The translations under genes and the position numbers were made by a program. A stretch of 64,000 nt of DNA, from the NCBI GenBank assembly GCA_002633005.1, contig NMRA01000170.1:344129-408128 (forward strand), written 5' to 3'. The notes under the pieces were generated by a model that did not search any database, had not been told where the DNA came from, and saw nothing but the letters and a program-made list of their open reading frames with translations. This DNA is from Phoronis australis (lineage: Eukaryota > Animalia > Phoronida). Within the stretch, counting starts at the first letter, position 1, and each line of letters starts with the position of its first letter. Below are positions 23,194 through 64,000 of the stretch, one piece after another.

Positions 23194-26100
23194 CTGTGGA
23201 AATAAAGCAGAGAATACAAAATTGAAATTCAATAGAGCTTTTTCAGGATAAAAAGACAACATTTTTGTCTTGCATCCATTGACATCATTGTGCTAGCTTA
23301 ATACCATACATACTGAGTGTAAATCTGCCTTATAGAAGCTCAATGAAGTGTTTCACATACAGGAGTGATGACGACAATAAGGAAGACCACTTGGACCTAC
23401 AGCTGTTGCTCAGTTGGGCACATGAAATCCGGCATTTCTTTCCACCCACGAATTTCTTTAATTTTTCAAACTACGATCATATAATAAATACTGAATAAAT
23501 ATTTTTTACAATGTCCCTGCACAAAAAGGACTTTTACTGAGTTGCAATTTAATAACTCATTACTAGTGATTTCCAAAAGACTGGTCTGACTCGTGCGAGT
23601 TTGATGGACAGTGCGTCATTAACAGGCAATAATGCCTCGCATTTGAAGTCACGGCATTTAAAACCTTGATTAGGTGTATTTGTGGGAATTTCCAAAAAAA
23701 TTGTTTGAAACCATGGCTGAAACTGATGAGGGCAGGAGCATTCTGTGCCAGTAGAGGGACCCACATGATACAGACCAGAGTCAACTGTGGTTTTTTGGGC
23801 CTAACCAAGCTTTTATACTCCAACAGCAATTCTGTTTTTGCTTGTCCCTGCACTTACGGTAACTTTAAAGTCACATTTTTCAATGCTGAGCGCATAATTT
23901 TCCTAACGAAATCTGAACTCTTCTGTTGTAGCAAGAAATTTTCTATGAAAACTTTATAGTTAAGCAGATGAAACAAATTAAGAGATGGACTACAGTGTTT
24001 ACATTGAATTCTAATGCAAAAGTGACAATTACTCATGCCATTCAAGCGATACCATTCACAATTCATGCAAAAGGAACCATGTAGGCACTCACTTCTCTCT
24101 TCGTAAATCTTTTGTAACGGCATCTTCCATATACTTGATTATGTCTCTAATCAAAGGACAGCTCTGTGCGTAGTTCAATTTGTAACCATAAGCCTTTCTC
24201 CAATAGGACTGCAGCAGGGAAAGAATCAAAACGAACGTTAAAACTTTGTCAATTCAACAACGACCCTGCTGTCATTATTCAAATGTTTTGTGGAACTGTT
24301 GTCGGCTCAACATGTGGTGACACCACACTTAGCGGACGTGTAACCCAGCTGATTCAAAATTTGTGTTTTAGGTGGTAAGATACAACTTAAAAGTGATTGA
24401 ATAACATGTCTTGGAGAATCTTTGGCACAAAAATGTGTAAATCTGTTTCAATTCAGTAGATATTGCGGCTCGTTTTCACTTTCATATTTTGTATAGTGGT
24501 TGATTTTAGCCATTCTTGCACCAAAAATCCTGTTGCAGTGGGCTTGCACTTTCCAACTCTGGTGTACTCAAGTGACAAGTGCTGACATGGCATTTTTAAA
24601 AGGGAAAATCAAGAAGTTTTGGTGAACCAGAACCTTTTCGACTTTAATTTGCTGCTGAACAAACACTTCAGTCTAATGGCATGATTAAAACAATTGTTTC
24701 ATTATGCTCCCAAAGACCATTAATTTAAAATGTATCACAGGTAATAAAAACCTTTATGGAATAACCACAACAAACTGCCCTACCTCTGGAATCAACGTAC
24801 ATTTGACTTTTATGACGTACACCCTCAGAATGTTCAGCAACTTCACTTTTGGGTACCGTGTTCTGATGCACAGATGTTTAAATACATTTATTCAACAAAA
24901 ATTTATAATTTATACTTGATATGATTGGGGTTGGGCAACCTCAATAAAATATCCTTGTCATACTATCCAATGTGAAACAAATACATAATTATTTACAAAA
25001 AATCACAGGACAAGGAAATGATCTTTACGTAATAAAGTTGGTTGAAAAAAGGTAACAAGGGAAAGGAGCTTCATACACTCAAGACAGTAATGCTCACTAG
25101 AATTTGTTAACTTATTATTTGCACACATCCTCATTCGCAATTTTTTTCACTGACACTGACATGGACAATCAATACAACCAGTTAGGAAGTCAAGTATTTC
25201 ATCCTACTTGCCAAGGTTGACAGTATGTCAAATCATAAACGGCACTATTGATACCATTTAGCAAGAACTTAAATTTGAATCTCACAAGCAGATTTTTGCA
25301 TCAAAAGTGTGAAATTTGAAGTAAAACCATAAGTTAAAAGCTGTTCACAGATTAAAAAGATATCTAAAACAAATAGATGCAAGCATTTTTTATGCCTCTG
25401 CTTTCAAAGTCTAATTGTCACGAATCGAAACTGGCTGAACCAGAGGCATTTGCCCGGGCTCAACTTGCAACATACTGTAGTTTGTCAACACCATCAGCTC
25501 TACCTTTAAATCAGTTCCATATTCAATAGCGTCCAACTCATCCTCTGTTAAGATTCCTTGCCACGGCGACGACCCATAGATGGCCTCCTCATAGGCAGCA
25601 AGGATGGAGATCAGCTTTAACTCACCTACGGCACAGTGAAAACATGATTAAAGTCCCACATCCTGGATACAACTCTCTTCTTTAGTGGAGGTAGAATAAC
25701 ACATCTATAGTACGAGTGACCTAGTTTACAAAAGGTAGGGGTGCTATCACACTCTTAAGCCAAGTCTGAGATAAGTGAATAAATATTTATCATGTCTCAC
25801 TAAGTAACTTTATGTCTGTACTGCAACTCATGTAACAATAGATGTGTTGATTGCGTCAGTATTTGTTCGAGATGGAAGGATTTAAAGACTCCAACTGCCT
25901 CCAAAGCTGTCTGTCTGTATGGTAAACATAGTAACGCATAACTTAGCCAGGGATAAGGGCAATTTGCAGAAAATCTTCTAACATAAAGGATGGATTAGGA
26001 TGTTCCATCACCTATTAGTTAAGGATCTATAAGAAACACGTGACACGAAACACGTTGAGTAATCCATTGAACATAGTACATCTTCTCAAACCAACTGCTA

Positions 26101-29100
26101 TGCAGTTCAGAGCAAACCTAAATACATCTCAATATACTGATTAGTATGGGCAGCGAGAAAGTTCAAAGTAGACAACACTGCCAAATAAACAGTCAAGTTA
26201 GTTTTCATCAAGGTTATTTGGTTCAGTTTTGGCAAACGGTAGAGTTATTTTGTTAAATTTTGACAGACTGGTTATTTGGTCAAATTTTGACAAACAGACA
26301 GTTTATTTGGCAAACAGACAAAAGTTACTTGCGTCGAACAGACAGGTTACTCGCGTCGAACAGACAGGTTACTCGCGTCCGACAGACAGGTTACTCGCGT
26401 CCGACAGACAGGTTACTCGCGTCCGACAGACAGGTTACTCGCGTCCGACAGACAGGTTACTCGNNNNNNNNNNNNNNNNNNNNNNNNNNNNNNNNNNNNN
26501 NNNNNNNNNNNNNNNNNNNNNNNNNNNNNNNNNNNNNNNNNNNNNNNNNNNNNNNNNNNNNNNNNNNNNNNNNNNNNNNNNNNNNNNNNNNNNNNNNNNN
26601 NNNNNNNNNNNNNNNNNNNNNNNNNNNNNNNNNNNNNNNNNNNNNNNNNNNNNNNNNNNNNNNNNNNNNNNNNNNNNNNNNNNNNNNNNNNNNNNNNNNN
26701 NNNNNNNNNNNNNNNNNNNNNNNNNNNNNNNNNNNNNNNNNNNNNNNNNNNNNNNNNNNNNNNNNNNNNNNNNNNNNNNNNNNNNNNNNNNNNNNNNNNN
26801 NNNNNNNNNNNNNNNNNNNNNNNNNNNNNNNNNNNNNNNNNNNNNNNNNNNNNNNNNNNNNNNNNNNNNNNNNNNNNNNNNNNNNNNNNNNNNNNNNNNN
26901 NNNNNNNNNNNNNNNNNNNNNNNNNNNNNNNNNNNNNNNNNNNNNNNNNNNNNNNNNNNNNNNNNNNNNNNNNNNNNNNNNNNNNNNNNNNNNNNNNNNN
27001 NNNNNNNNNNNNNNNNNNNNNNNNNNNNNNNNNNNNNNNNNNNNNNNNNNNNNNNNNNNNNNNNNNNNNNNNNNNNNNNNNNNNNNNNNNNNNNNNNNNN
27101 NNNNNNNNNNNNNNNNNNNNNNNNNNNNNNNNNNNNNNNNNNNNNNNNNNNNNNNNNNNNNNNNNNNNNNNNNNNNNNNNNNNNNNNNNNNNNNNNNNNN
27201 NNNNNNNNNNNNNNNNNNNNNNNNNNNNNNNNNNNNNNNNNNNNNNNNNNNNNNNNNNNNNNNNNNNNNNNNNNNNNNNNNNNNNNNNNNNNNNNNNNNN
27301 NNNNNNNNNNNNNNNNNNNNNNNNNNNNNNNNNNNNNNNNNNNNNNNNNNNNNNNNNNNNNNNNNNNNNNNNNNNNNNNNNNNNNNNNNNNNNNNNNNNN
27401 NNNNNNNNNNNNNNNNNNNNNNNNNNNNNNNNNNNNNNNNNNNNNNNNNNNNNNNNNNNNNNNCAGACAGGTTACTCGTGTCCAACAGACAGGTTACTCG
27501 TGTCCAAAAGACAGGTTACTCGTGTCCAACAGACAGTTTACTCGTGTCCAACAGACAGTTTACTCGTGTCCAACAGACAGGTTACTTGTGTTCAACAGAC
27601 AGGTTACTTGTGTTCAACAGACAGGTTACTTGTGTTCAACAGACAGGTTACTTGTGTTCAACAGACAGGTTACTTGTCTAACGAACATGTCTCAGTTCTA
27701 TCAAACAGACAGGTTAATCATCAAATGAACATGTTGGCATTGCCAAACAGACGTAGTAGTAGAACAGACAGGACAGAGGGCGCTGTCGCAACTCAAGAAA
27801 TAGTTGACGTCACCAAGTCATCGAATATCATGAGCCCCGTAATGGCCACAAAAATTCCACAAACCTCTTTTTGATGGTCTGCAGTGAAGAGTTTCCTTCA
27901 TAGGACTGTTCTCAATTTGTCATCGACCATTCTTAAATTAAAATTACTGCGTTTGCTTGTTGAAATCAACATGGGTCATCATCTTTTTTGACAAAATTTG
28001 AAATTTATGTGGTATGGCACTAAGTGTACTAGCTATTGCAGTTAGTTTTGCACATACACAACATGTGTTTGTTTCAAATTTTGAAAAACATTGTATATAT
28101 CATTTTCTTCAATCATGTTTATCAAAATACAGCCGGAAATAAAATACCCCACTAGCTTCGGAATTATTTTGAGTTACCTTTATTTGCTATGTACAACCAT
28201 TTTTCCACTGCGTCAACAAAGCTCTGCATTACAATAAGTCATGTACTGGGGTTCAATGTTGTCAAAACTGTAACAAACAGATTCTTTGCTTTGGCATCAT
28301 ATCAGCACAGCCATAACACAATTTTGTTTCGTATGAAATCATTCATAATTTAACGAGTCTTACATGCAGTTTGTTGTTGTTGTTTTGAGACTGCAATACT
28401 TGTCAGTTTTCATCACCTTGCATGATTAATTGTCAACAGTCGACAGGGTTTCTGGGAATACATCTTATCAATCAATTACGATTTCCTGACTAAACCACCA
28501 TCCACAGAAAACTGCAGCATTAGAAAGGGGAGCCAAAACCAGCTGCTGAAATTTTCCATTTTGAACCTTTTCGCTGCCCATAGATTTATAGGCCTGTCCC
28601 CTGTCTAAAGACTTCTCAATAGACTGACTATACTACCACCCCGTCTGAAGACATATCTCAATATACTTCAGAAAGATTGCCGTTTATGTTTGGAGACTTC
28701 TCAAAACAGGTACATGGGTTATACCTGCCTGGAGGCAACTCTAAGATACTGAACCAACAGGTTCACTGTTTAGAGACATCTCAATATACTGACAACACAG
28801 TATCAACATCTGAACTGCGCCAGCACATCTGGCACAGACGAAGATCATATCCCATATAGGACCGCTATATGCTGTAAGTTTCTCGGCAAATTATTCCTCA
28901 CGCTGACTAAACCATCAAAGTCACATAGTTATAATTATGTTTTAAGCATAAGAAGCGTTGATGTTTTTGATTCTTTCCAACTTGAACAAATACTTTGTTT
29001 GATGATTAAGATGTCTTTTCAATATGTTCGTCAACAATGCCATTTTGTCCAGGTGTGACCCCGGCAGTCAATTTTAACCACTAATGAACTCTGGTGTCAG

Positions 29101-30683
29101 AATACTGCGTTAGTGGTTGGCTACACAGGATGCAGGGCTTGGAATGACCAATGACAAAAAACGCGGAAACTTTTACGGCCTTGAAATAGTTGATGTGAAC
29201 CTTTCGCCAACGAAAATCGGTAGGACTAAAAAAAAAGAAAAAACCTTACCACCATCACCACCATCAGTAGCATGCGTCTGCGTCTTTTTATCTCGTCCAT
29301 CCACTCCCACCCCCACACATTTTTAGCTGCAGAGCCGTAGTATTTGTCACCGCGGTTTACAATCACATGAAAATCCCACCACGCTATCCCAGATGCCCCG
29401 GCAATGTTGACAATTTCCGTTCCTCCGAAACATAAAGAGCAACTTCCGCTTTTCGAGGTGAACCTCGTCGGCAACGCCGCTGTAAGAAACAAATTTGCCG
29501 CGGAAATTTATATCAAATCCGATTTTTTTTACGCAGAATATAATAAAATGTGCGGACAGAACATTTGAAAAAAGCGGAAATCCGCATTTGCACGGAAAAT
29601 TCCAAGCCCTGAGGATGTCATGGAGGACAATTTCAATACGATTTAAAAATGCACTTGCTATAGACATATGCAGTGACACATTCAAAACACAATTGGCCCA
29701 GTTCTTGATTTCATTAACTGAATGAAGGACCATTTGGACAGAAATGTTGATTCCAGGAGTATTGGTTCGAGTTTGATAGATTTAAAGACTCTTAACAGTC
29801 TCCAAATGTGTCCATCTATACATGACACATACATAAAGTAACTCAATTTTTATAGTTAAGCATAATTTACAGTAAATTCTCAGGCATACACAACATACAG
29901 GTTACATTACGGTGTGCTGTCGCCCACATACTGACCCGGTTCCAGCACAGTTGATAGGCCAAGTCGAGATGAAATGATTTTGGCCATTTCTAGCATTACT
30001 GGACCATCTTTGAATTTGTGCATTTCTGCCAATGCAGTTCTGTTGTTCTTTATGGCATCTAAGTATGTTGGGCAATAGTCGTAGAATCTCAGCAGTTTGT
30101 CGTCAATGTGAATTTTGAATGTTTCTGCTTTCGCCGTCGCATTTGCTTCACCCAGTAGTCCACTCAAGCAAGCTCTAGCTGTGGCAATAGTTCTCTGTCT
30201 ATCACTTGAAATAAGTTTAATATCACTGCTTGAAAATGCAGTTGGGAGTTTCAGCAGCATCTTTTGGAACCTTGCAGCAATGTCTTGAATTTCAATGACG
30301 CCCAGAGCAGCAAGGTGTTTCTCCAGAGAATCCTCAAAAGGCGAGGACCAGTCGTTGAGAAGTTGAAACTTTGGTGCGCTTATTTTCCCTTTAATGCTGG
30401 AATGGAAATTTTTGAAGTGTCTCATATCTTTAAGGCTGGGATACCTATACCCATGACGAAACAGTAAATTCACTTGCAATACATCGCAGGTTGGTGGCCG
30501 TAAAGCAGGCTGTTCTTCTAATGTTTTAAGAAAGACACCGTCGACAACAGAGTTGTACTTTGTTTTAGTACCATGGAAAGCTTGGTTTGTGGTTCTGGTG
30601 CTATGACAAAGCCTTGTTAAGTGAAATATGATTAAAATCCGTAACCCCGTTTTCTTAACTGTAGAAATTGAGGGTGCAGACAT
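22788..30683 (-). CDS. MINPP1: Multiple inositol polyphosphate phosphatase 1 (histidine acid phosphatase), whole gene, 4 coding exons, ~463 aa
   Basis: Exons 30683-29936, 25625-25504, 24208-24093, 23193-22788 join in frame (1392 nt). RHGYRYP catalytic motif, DLKSYWRKAYGY, FGHAETL proton-donor motif, C-terminal KDEL. Confidence 0.95.
24093..24208 (-). CDS. MINPP1: MINPP1 exon 3
   Basis: SYWRKAYGYKLNYAQSCPLIRDIIKYMEDAVTKDLRRE; tgcag / gtgagt. Confidence 0.92.
25504..25625 (-). CDS. MINPP1: MINPP1 exon 2
   Basis: ELKLISILAAYEEAIYGSSPWQGILTEDELDAIEYGTDLK; cgtag / gtagag. Confidence 0.9.
26330..27680 (+). repeat. 22-bp minisatellite in MINPP1 intron 1, spanning a 1000-N gap (26464-27463)
   Basis: Unit CAGACAGGTTACTCGCGTCCGA on the left; variants ...CTCGTGTCCAA and ...CTTGTGTTCAA on the right. 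Confidence 0.95.
29133..29611. mobile_element. Complete 479-bp hAT-like MITE with 6-bp target-site duplication
   Basis: Perfect 13-bp TIR CAGGGCTTGGAAT / ATTCCAAGCCCTG, flanked on both sides by AGGATG. Confidence 0.85.
29936..30683 (-). CDS. MINPP1: MINPP1 coding exon 1
   Basis: MSAPSIS...GTKTKY...RHGYRYP...LLRFYDYC...VLEP; GTCAGT donor, phase 1. Confidence 0.95.
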
Positions 30684-30939
30684 TTTGATAGCAGTAGGCT
30701 ACCACTTGCAGCTTTGTTCAATATTTTTATATATTAAACAAAGCTGCAAAAATTATTAAATATATAAAATTTTATAGAATTAAAATAAATAAAAAAAGTT
30801 TTGAATTATTTCAGTTACCACAAATTTTCCATTTAAAATGAAATTTCTGTATAAAGTACTGTATATTGGTTGATTTTTTTCTGTTCACTTGGTGTCTCAT
30901 TTGGCCTTTAACCTAGCTTCATCAGTGTCGATTAGTACG

Positions 30940-31110
30940 GTTCACTTGAGGTCACCTGGGTAGAGTTCAGAAACGCTGGTTCATCCCTGGAAAATAAGAC
31001 ATCGTGAGATTTCGCGAGACTTTGCTGTGTTCTTCGAATATTATCACGTGATTTTTGTTAGATTTTTGTTGCTGCAAGACAACTATTGAACTCTACCCAG
31101 ATTACAGCCT
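30940..31110. promoter_or_regulatory. Putative bidirectional promoter shared by MINPP1 and PAPSS
   Basis: Divergent ATGs at 30683(-) and 31192(+). TTTCGCGAGA at ~31010-31019 is one mismatch from the TCTCGCGAGA housekeeping motif. TCACGTGA E-box at ~31044-31051. 14-bp inverted repeat at 30956-30969 and 31087-31100. Confidence 0.7.
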
Positions 31111-31191
31111 GTGGAGCATAGGAACCTATTGAAAGATACTAAATCTTTGACCGATTTTAACCCGTAAACGAACTTGCTGTTCAGTTTCACG

Positions 31192-60603
<29,412 letters not shown>

Positions 60604-61471
60604 AGGGGGACTGACAAGGATTTTAAAACAAGGGCTTAGGGAAACAGTGGTAGCTCAGATCAAAGTACTTACTTAGGCTTTCTTTTAACTCTCTGTTTTT
60701 CAGACTACAGGGTTTGTAATTTTCAGTTTTAGGATAATTTCAGTATTTGGCTCTCTTTTTATTTAGGCTGTTTCCAGGCAATAAGTTTTATGAGACATGT
60801 TTTGTGATGTTTTGTGCTGTTCATTTGGACACTTATGACCATTTACAACATTGTTCAATATTTTAAGGCCAAAAACCATTGTTGGTTCTTGTCTCTACCC
60901 AGACTCATTTTGAGACCTGCTCTCACCGACTAACAAAAATGACCGCCCAATTTCAGCCAAGATATTTTTTATTTTTTGCAAAGCGCGTAAAAAACAAACC
61001 CACTTCATTTTTGCTCATCTCAGATGTATTTTCTTTTTTGGAACAGTGCACAACTAATAAGCTGCACACCACTGACTCTATTTCCAAAAAAGGGACCAGA
61101 ACCAACTGGGTGTTTTCCCAATCATTGTTCTGTTCACACATTAATGTTTGTTCAGGGTGGGATGATGGAAATTTCCTCAATAATATCAAATGTATGTATA
61201 CTTACATACACTAGGTTTCTAATGAACAAAACAGTTATTTCTTTGATATCTGAATGAAGTGAGAACAAAAAGCTATTTTTAGCTCTGGAGTGTTCTTAGG
61301 ATAAGGGTCCAATATGACCACCTGAGTGCTAGTCTCTCTACTGTAGCATTGCTCCACTAGCGCCACTTGGTGAACGTAGCGATTTTCATTGCTTTGAAAA
61401 CATACTACATGTGAAATTATTTCATTATGCGTTTCTGGGTGTGCTAGTCGGTGTAGTGGTTTGAGTGACAA

Positions 61472-61597
61472 GTGATGGCATAAACTGCAATTGTCGGGTA
61501 TAATGTGCCGTATTTTTGAGGACCAGTTTGATGCCAGTTTGCAGAAAACTGGTTCTCAAAATGCAGGCACATTATATCCGACAATTACCGCCATCAC
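61472..61597. repeat. Long inverted repeat in the probable PAPSS 3' UTR
   Basis: AATTGTCGGGTATAATGTGCC.TATTTTTGAGGACCAGTTT pairs with AAACTGGTTCTCAAAATGCAGGCACATTATATCCGACAATT; outer GTGATGGC / GCCATCAC. Confidence 0.88.
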
Positions 61598-61790
61598 AAT
61601 AGTGTAATTTCAGAGTGGTCATGTCAAGTTTGCTATCTGTGTTTGTTTTGTTAAACTAAGCCAGTTAAAATCCCATGCTGTGTGTGTGTGTGTTATAATT
61701 AGTTTGTGTGTGGTCTGCAAAGATGGGAAATGGTAATGCCAGTCATCTGTCTTCAGGTGACACCTGTTGTCAGAAATCTAACAATCCAGT

Positions 61791-61796
61791 AATAAA
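61791..61796 (+). terminator. Candidate PAPSS polyadenylation signal
   Basis: AATAAA about 1.2 kb after the stop codon, followed by T/GT-rich sequence. Confidence 0.45.
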
Positions 61797-63403
61797 ATAC
61801 CAAGCAATTTATACTTAATATTTGTGCACTTACTGCAACCAATCAGTTGTTGGTTTTTCATTCTTGAATATAATTGAGCATTGAATCTTTTCACATCTTT
61901 CCAACAAATCGTGTGTGTGTTAAGTGGACAAGATGAGGTTTATAGATGTGCTATATAAAAGATTTTTTCTATCTTATGCAAGGGACCACAGAATGCCTCT
62001 TAATTTTTGTCTGTTTATATTTGGTCTTTGTTGATGGTTGCATTTTACACAGTTTATTGAAATTATATTCAGATTGACAATGATTTTTTAATTTTAGTTT
62101 CTGATTTTCAGTAAAGTTTAAGGTGTCCAATAATAAACTAATGAAGTGGCAATTTTTTGTTTTTGGTGGAGTAAATTGACCTTCGCTGCATAATTGAAGA
62201 TACATTGAGCACTGGTTACTAGGTAATATTACTATAACCTTGGGACATCACGTTTCACGCATTGTCCAATATCTAGTGTTTTGATTTCAAGGGCATTTCC
62301 CTGCTGTTAAGCTGTCTATGTTTAATTCTTAATGGCTGCACTTTGGGGCTTAAAAACCATAACTCGTTCATCCGGTCTTGAATTATTACCAAATGAGCTG
62401 ACAACTCAAGCCTAGACAATGCGTATATGCGCTTTTTTCAAATATGCAATTTTAGGGTTGGCCAACCTCGGGGATGGACTCAGAAATTTGAGTTAGGAAA
62501 ACCAAATTCACTGATGTGTATATGCAACAATGTGTATGCGTGTGAACTCACTCTGCGGAAAACGTTTTCATTCGACACGTGCCTGCCTGCATTACCAACC
62601 CTGTAAATTTCTTCCATTGTCTTTATCCGCTCGTGAAACCATATGTTTGCAAAAAAAAATGTCCAGAAGTGTGATTTTAGGTACACAAAAATATTGCCCG
62701 GTGTTAGCAGTCGTATGGTTGTTTATTCAAATATCCCATTTTTTATTGCGGGTGACCAATGTCCACAAATGAAAATGTTTGCCGTATCACGAGATAAACA
62801 AATTCTACATTCTAACCCCATTACAACTAGCATTCCGTGACCTGCCTAAAACCTTCGTTGTTCAGCTGAGGTTTGGAGTAACCATAAATTAACTTTTTAG
62901 GGTGAAATAAAAAACAGGATACCTGAGTACAGGAATAAAATATGTACTGCGGTCTAATATAATTTTTAAAACAATAGTTCTGTTGTTTGTTCTTTTAACT
63001 CGGGCACTCGGGGAGCTACCTGTACAGGTGGTATCCACACGCAAGTAGTATTTTCAGACAATACGAGAAATACAGAAAGAAGTTATCTTACAATCAATGT
63101 CATACAGTTTGTAACGAAATCTGCCCTTCAGGTGTTGTCTGCAGATTTACAATAAAGCTTGCGCAAATACAGATGCACGTTTCTTACAATGGTGGATTTA
63201 GATGTGGCCAAAGGGTCACCTTCCATCCCATAATCCTGACTTCTGCTAAGTGATCTCTGCGAGACCTTAAATGACAAGGGGTTAACACAAGTCTTTCAAA
63301 TACACACGATTTCCTTTTCGCCGAGTCGGTTGACTTCCTCAAGTTTTCAACTAGTCGGGGAAACTACATAGCCTATATTCAAAGGTATTATCACAGAAAC
63401 TAA

Positions 63404-63584
63404 TTATGGGCAAAAAACTAAATACACAAAACGTACCGAGAGTGGCGTACATGAAGTAATATCCCACGAGACACTATTACGCGTATCGGCCGAGACCTAG
63501 GCTCGAGGTCGATACGCGGAATAATGTCTAGTGAGATATCACTTCATGTACGCCAATCGAAGTACGTTTTGTATTTATCCCATA
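63404..63584. repeat. Long CpG-rich inverted repeat, probably the core of a palindromic MITE
   Basis: ACAAAACGTAC..TGGCGTACATGAAGT.ATATC...CGCGTATCG pairs with CGATACGCG...GATATCACTTCATGTACGCCA..GTACGTTTTGT. Confidence 0.88.
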
Positions 63585-64000
63585 CTCTTCGAATTCCTAA
63601 GTTTCTTTCACTTTTCCGCAGATTTTTAAATAGTTCGCTCAAACTGTTCACGTGGCGGATCACATCCTATATGTATGTACTTGCGCGTTAGGATGCAAGT
63701 TTTCTGTAGTAAAAGAAACAGATTTAACTGTGACGATTTATTACATGAAATAAGATAACAAAGATGAAAACAAGGGTAACTTTTCATTGAACTTGTAAAA
63801 TCTCCTAAAATAGTTAAACAACGACAATTTTTGATTTTGTAGTTACCGAAGGATCGGCGCCTGAGTTGCAGACGATAAAATATTGAGCAAATGAAAACTG
63901 GAGCAGAACTGTCATATAATTAACAGTCTTGTTCCAGATGTTATGATTGAGACCTGATTGTATGCTGAGCGTTATTTACACTGTTAAAATTGTATTACTT

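Noticed and set aside
26330-27680. CRISPR-like regular repeats (also 17293-17650 and 59783-60202)
   Set aside because: Units are head-to-tail with no unique spacers, the context is a eukaryotic intron, and there are no cas genes.
26229-27874. Long ORFs of 342-499 aa in the ORF track
   Set aside because: They are translations of a 22-bp minisatellite and a run of 1000 Ns.

Overview
Eukaryotic, intron-rich, AT-rich animal genomic DNA from a heterozygous draft assembly. The repeat landscape suggests a marine invertebrate, possibly a lophotrochozoan; that taxonomic call is inference only. Three complete multi-exon genes were reconstructed by hand with consistent GT-AG phases. (1) A canonical IkappaB kinase alpha/beta (+, 18 coding exons, 1442-20986, ~758 aa). 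(2) MINPP1, a histidine-acid inositol polyphosphate phosphatase (-, 4 coding exons, 30683-22788, ~463 aa, ending in KDEL). (3) The bifunctional PAPS synthase PAPSS (+, 12 coding exons, 31192-60603, ~617 aa). MINPP1 and PAPSS are head-to-head around a ~0.5 kb putative bidirectional promoter, and IKK and MINPP1 are tail-to-tail. Introns hold MITEs, tRNA-derived SINEs, Helentron/HINE-like elements, a LINE RT fragment, minisatellites and long hairpins. Two apparent tandem duplications joined by a single N are most likely both haplotypes assembled side by side. I found no clearly novel multi-gene system. The best leads are the apparently ancient MINPP1-PAPSS(-IKK) linkage, the symmetric bidirectional promoter, candidate alternative PAPSS first exons that would remove the NLS, paired cysteine loss in MINPP1 and a CpG-decay gradient in a minisatellite.
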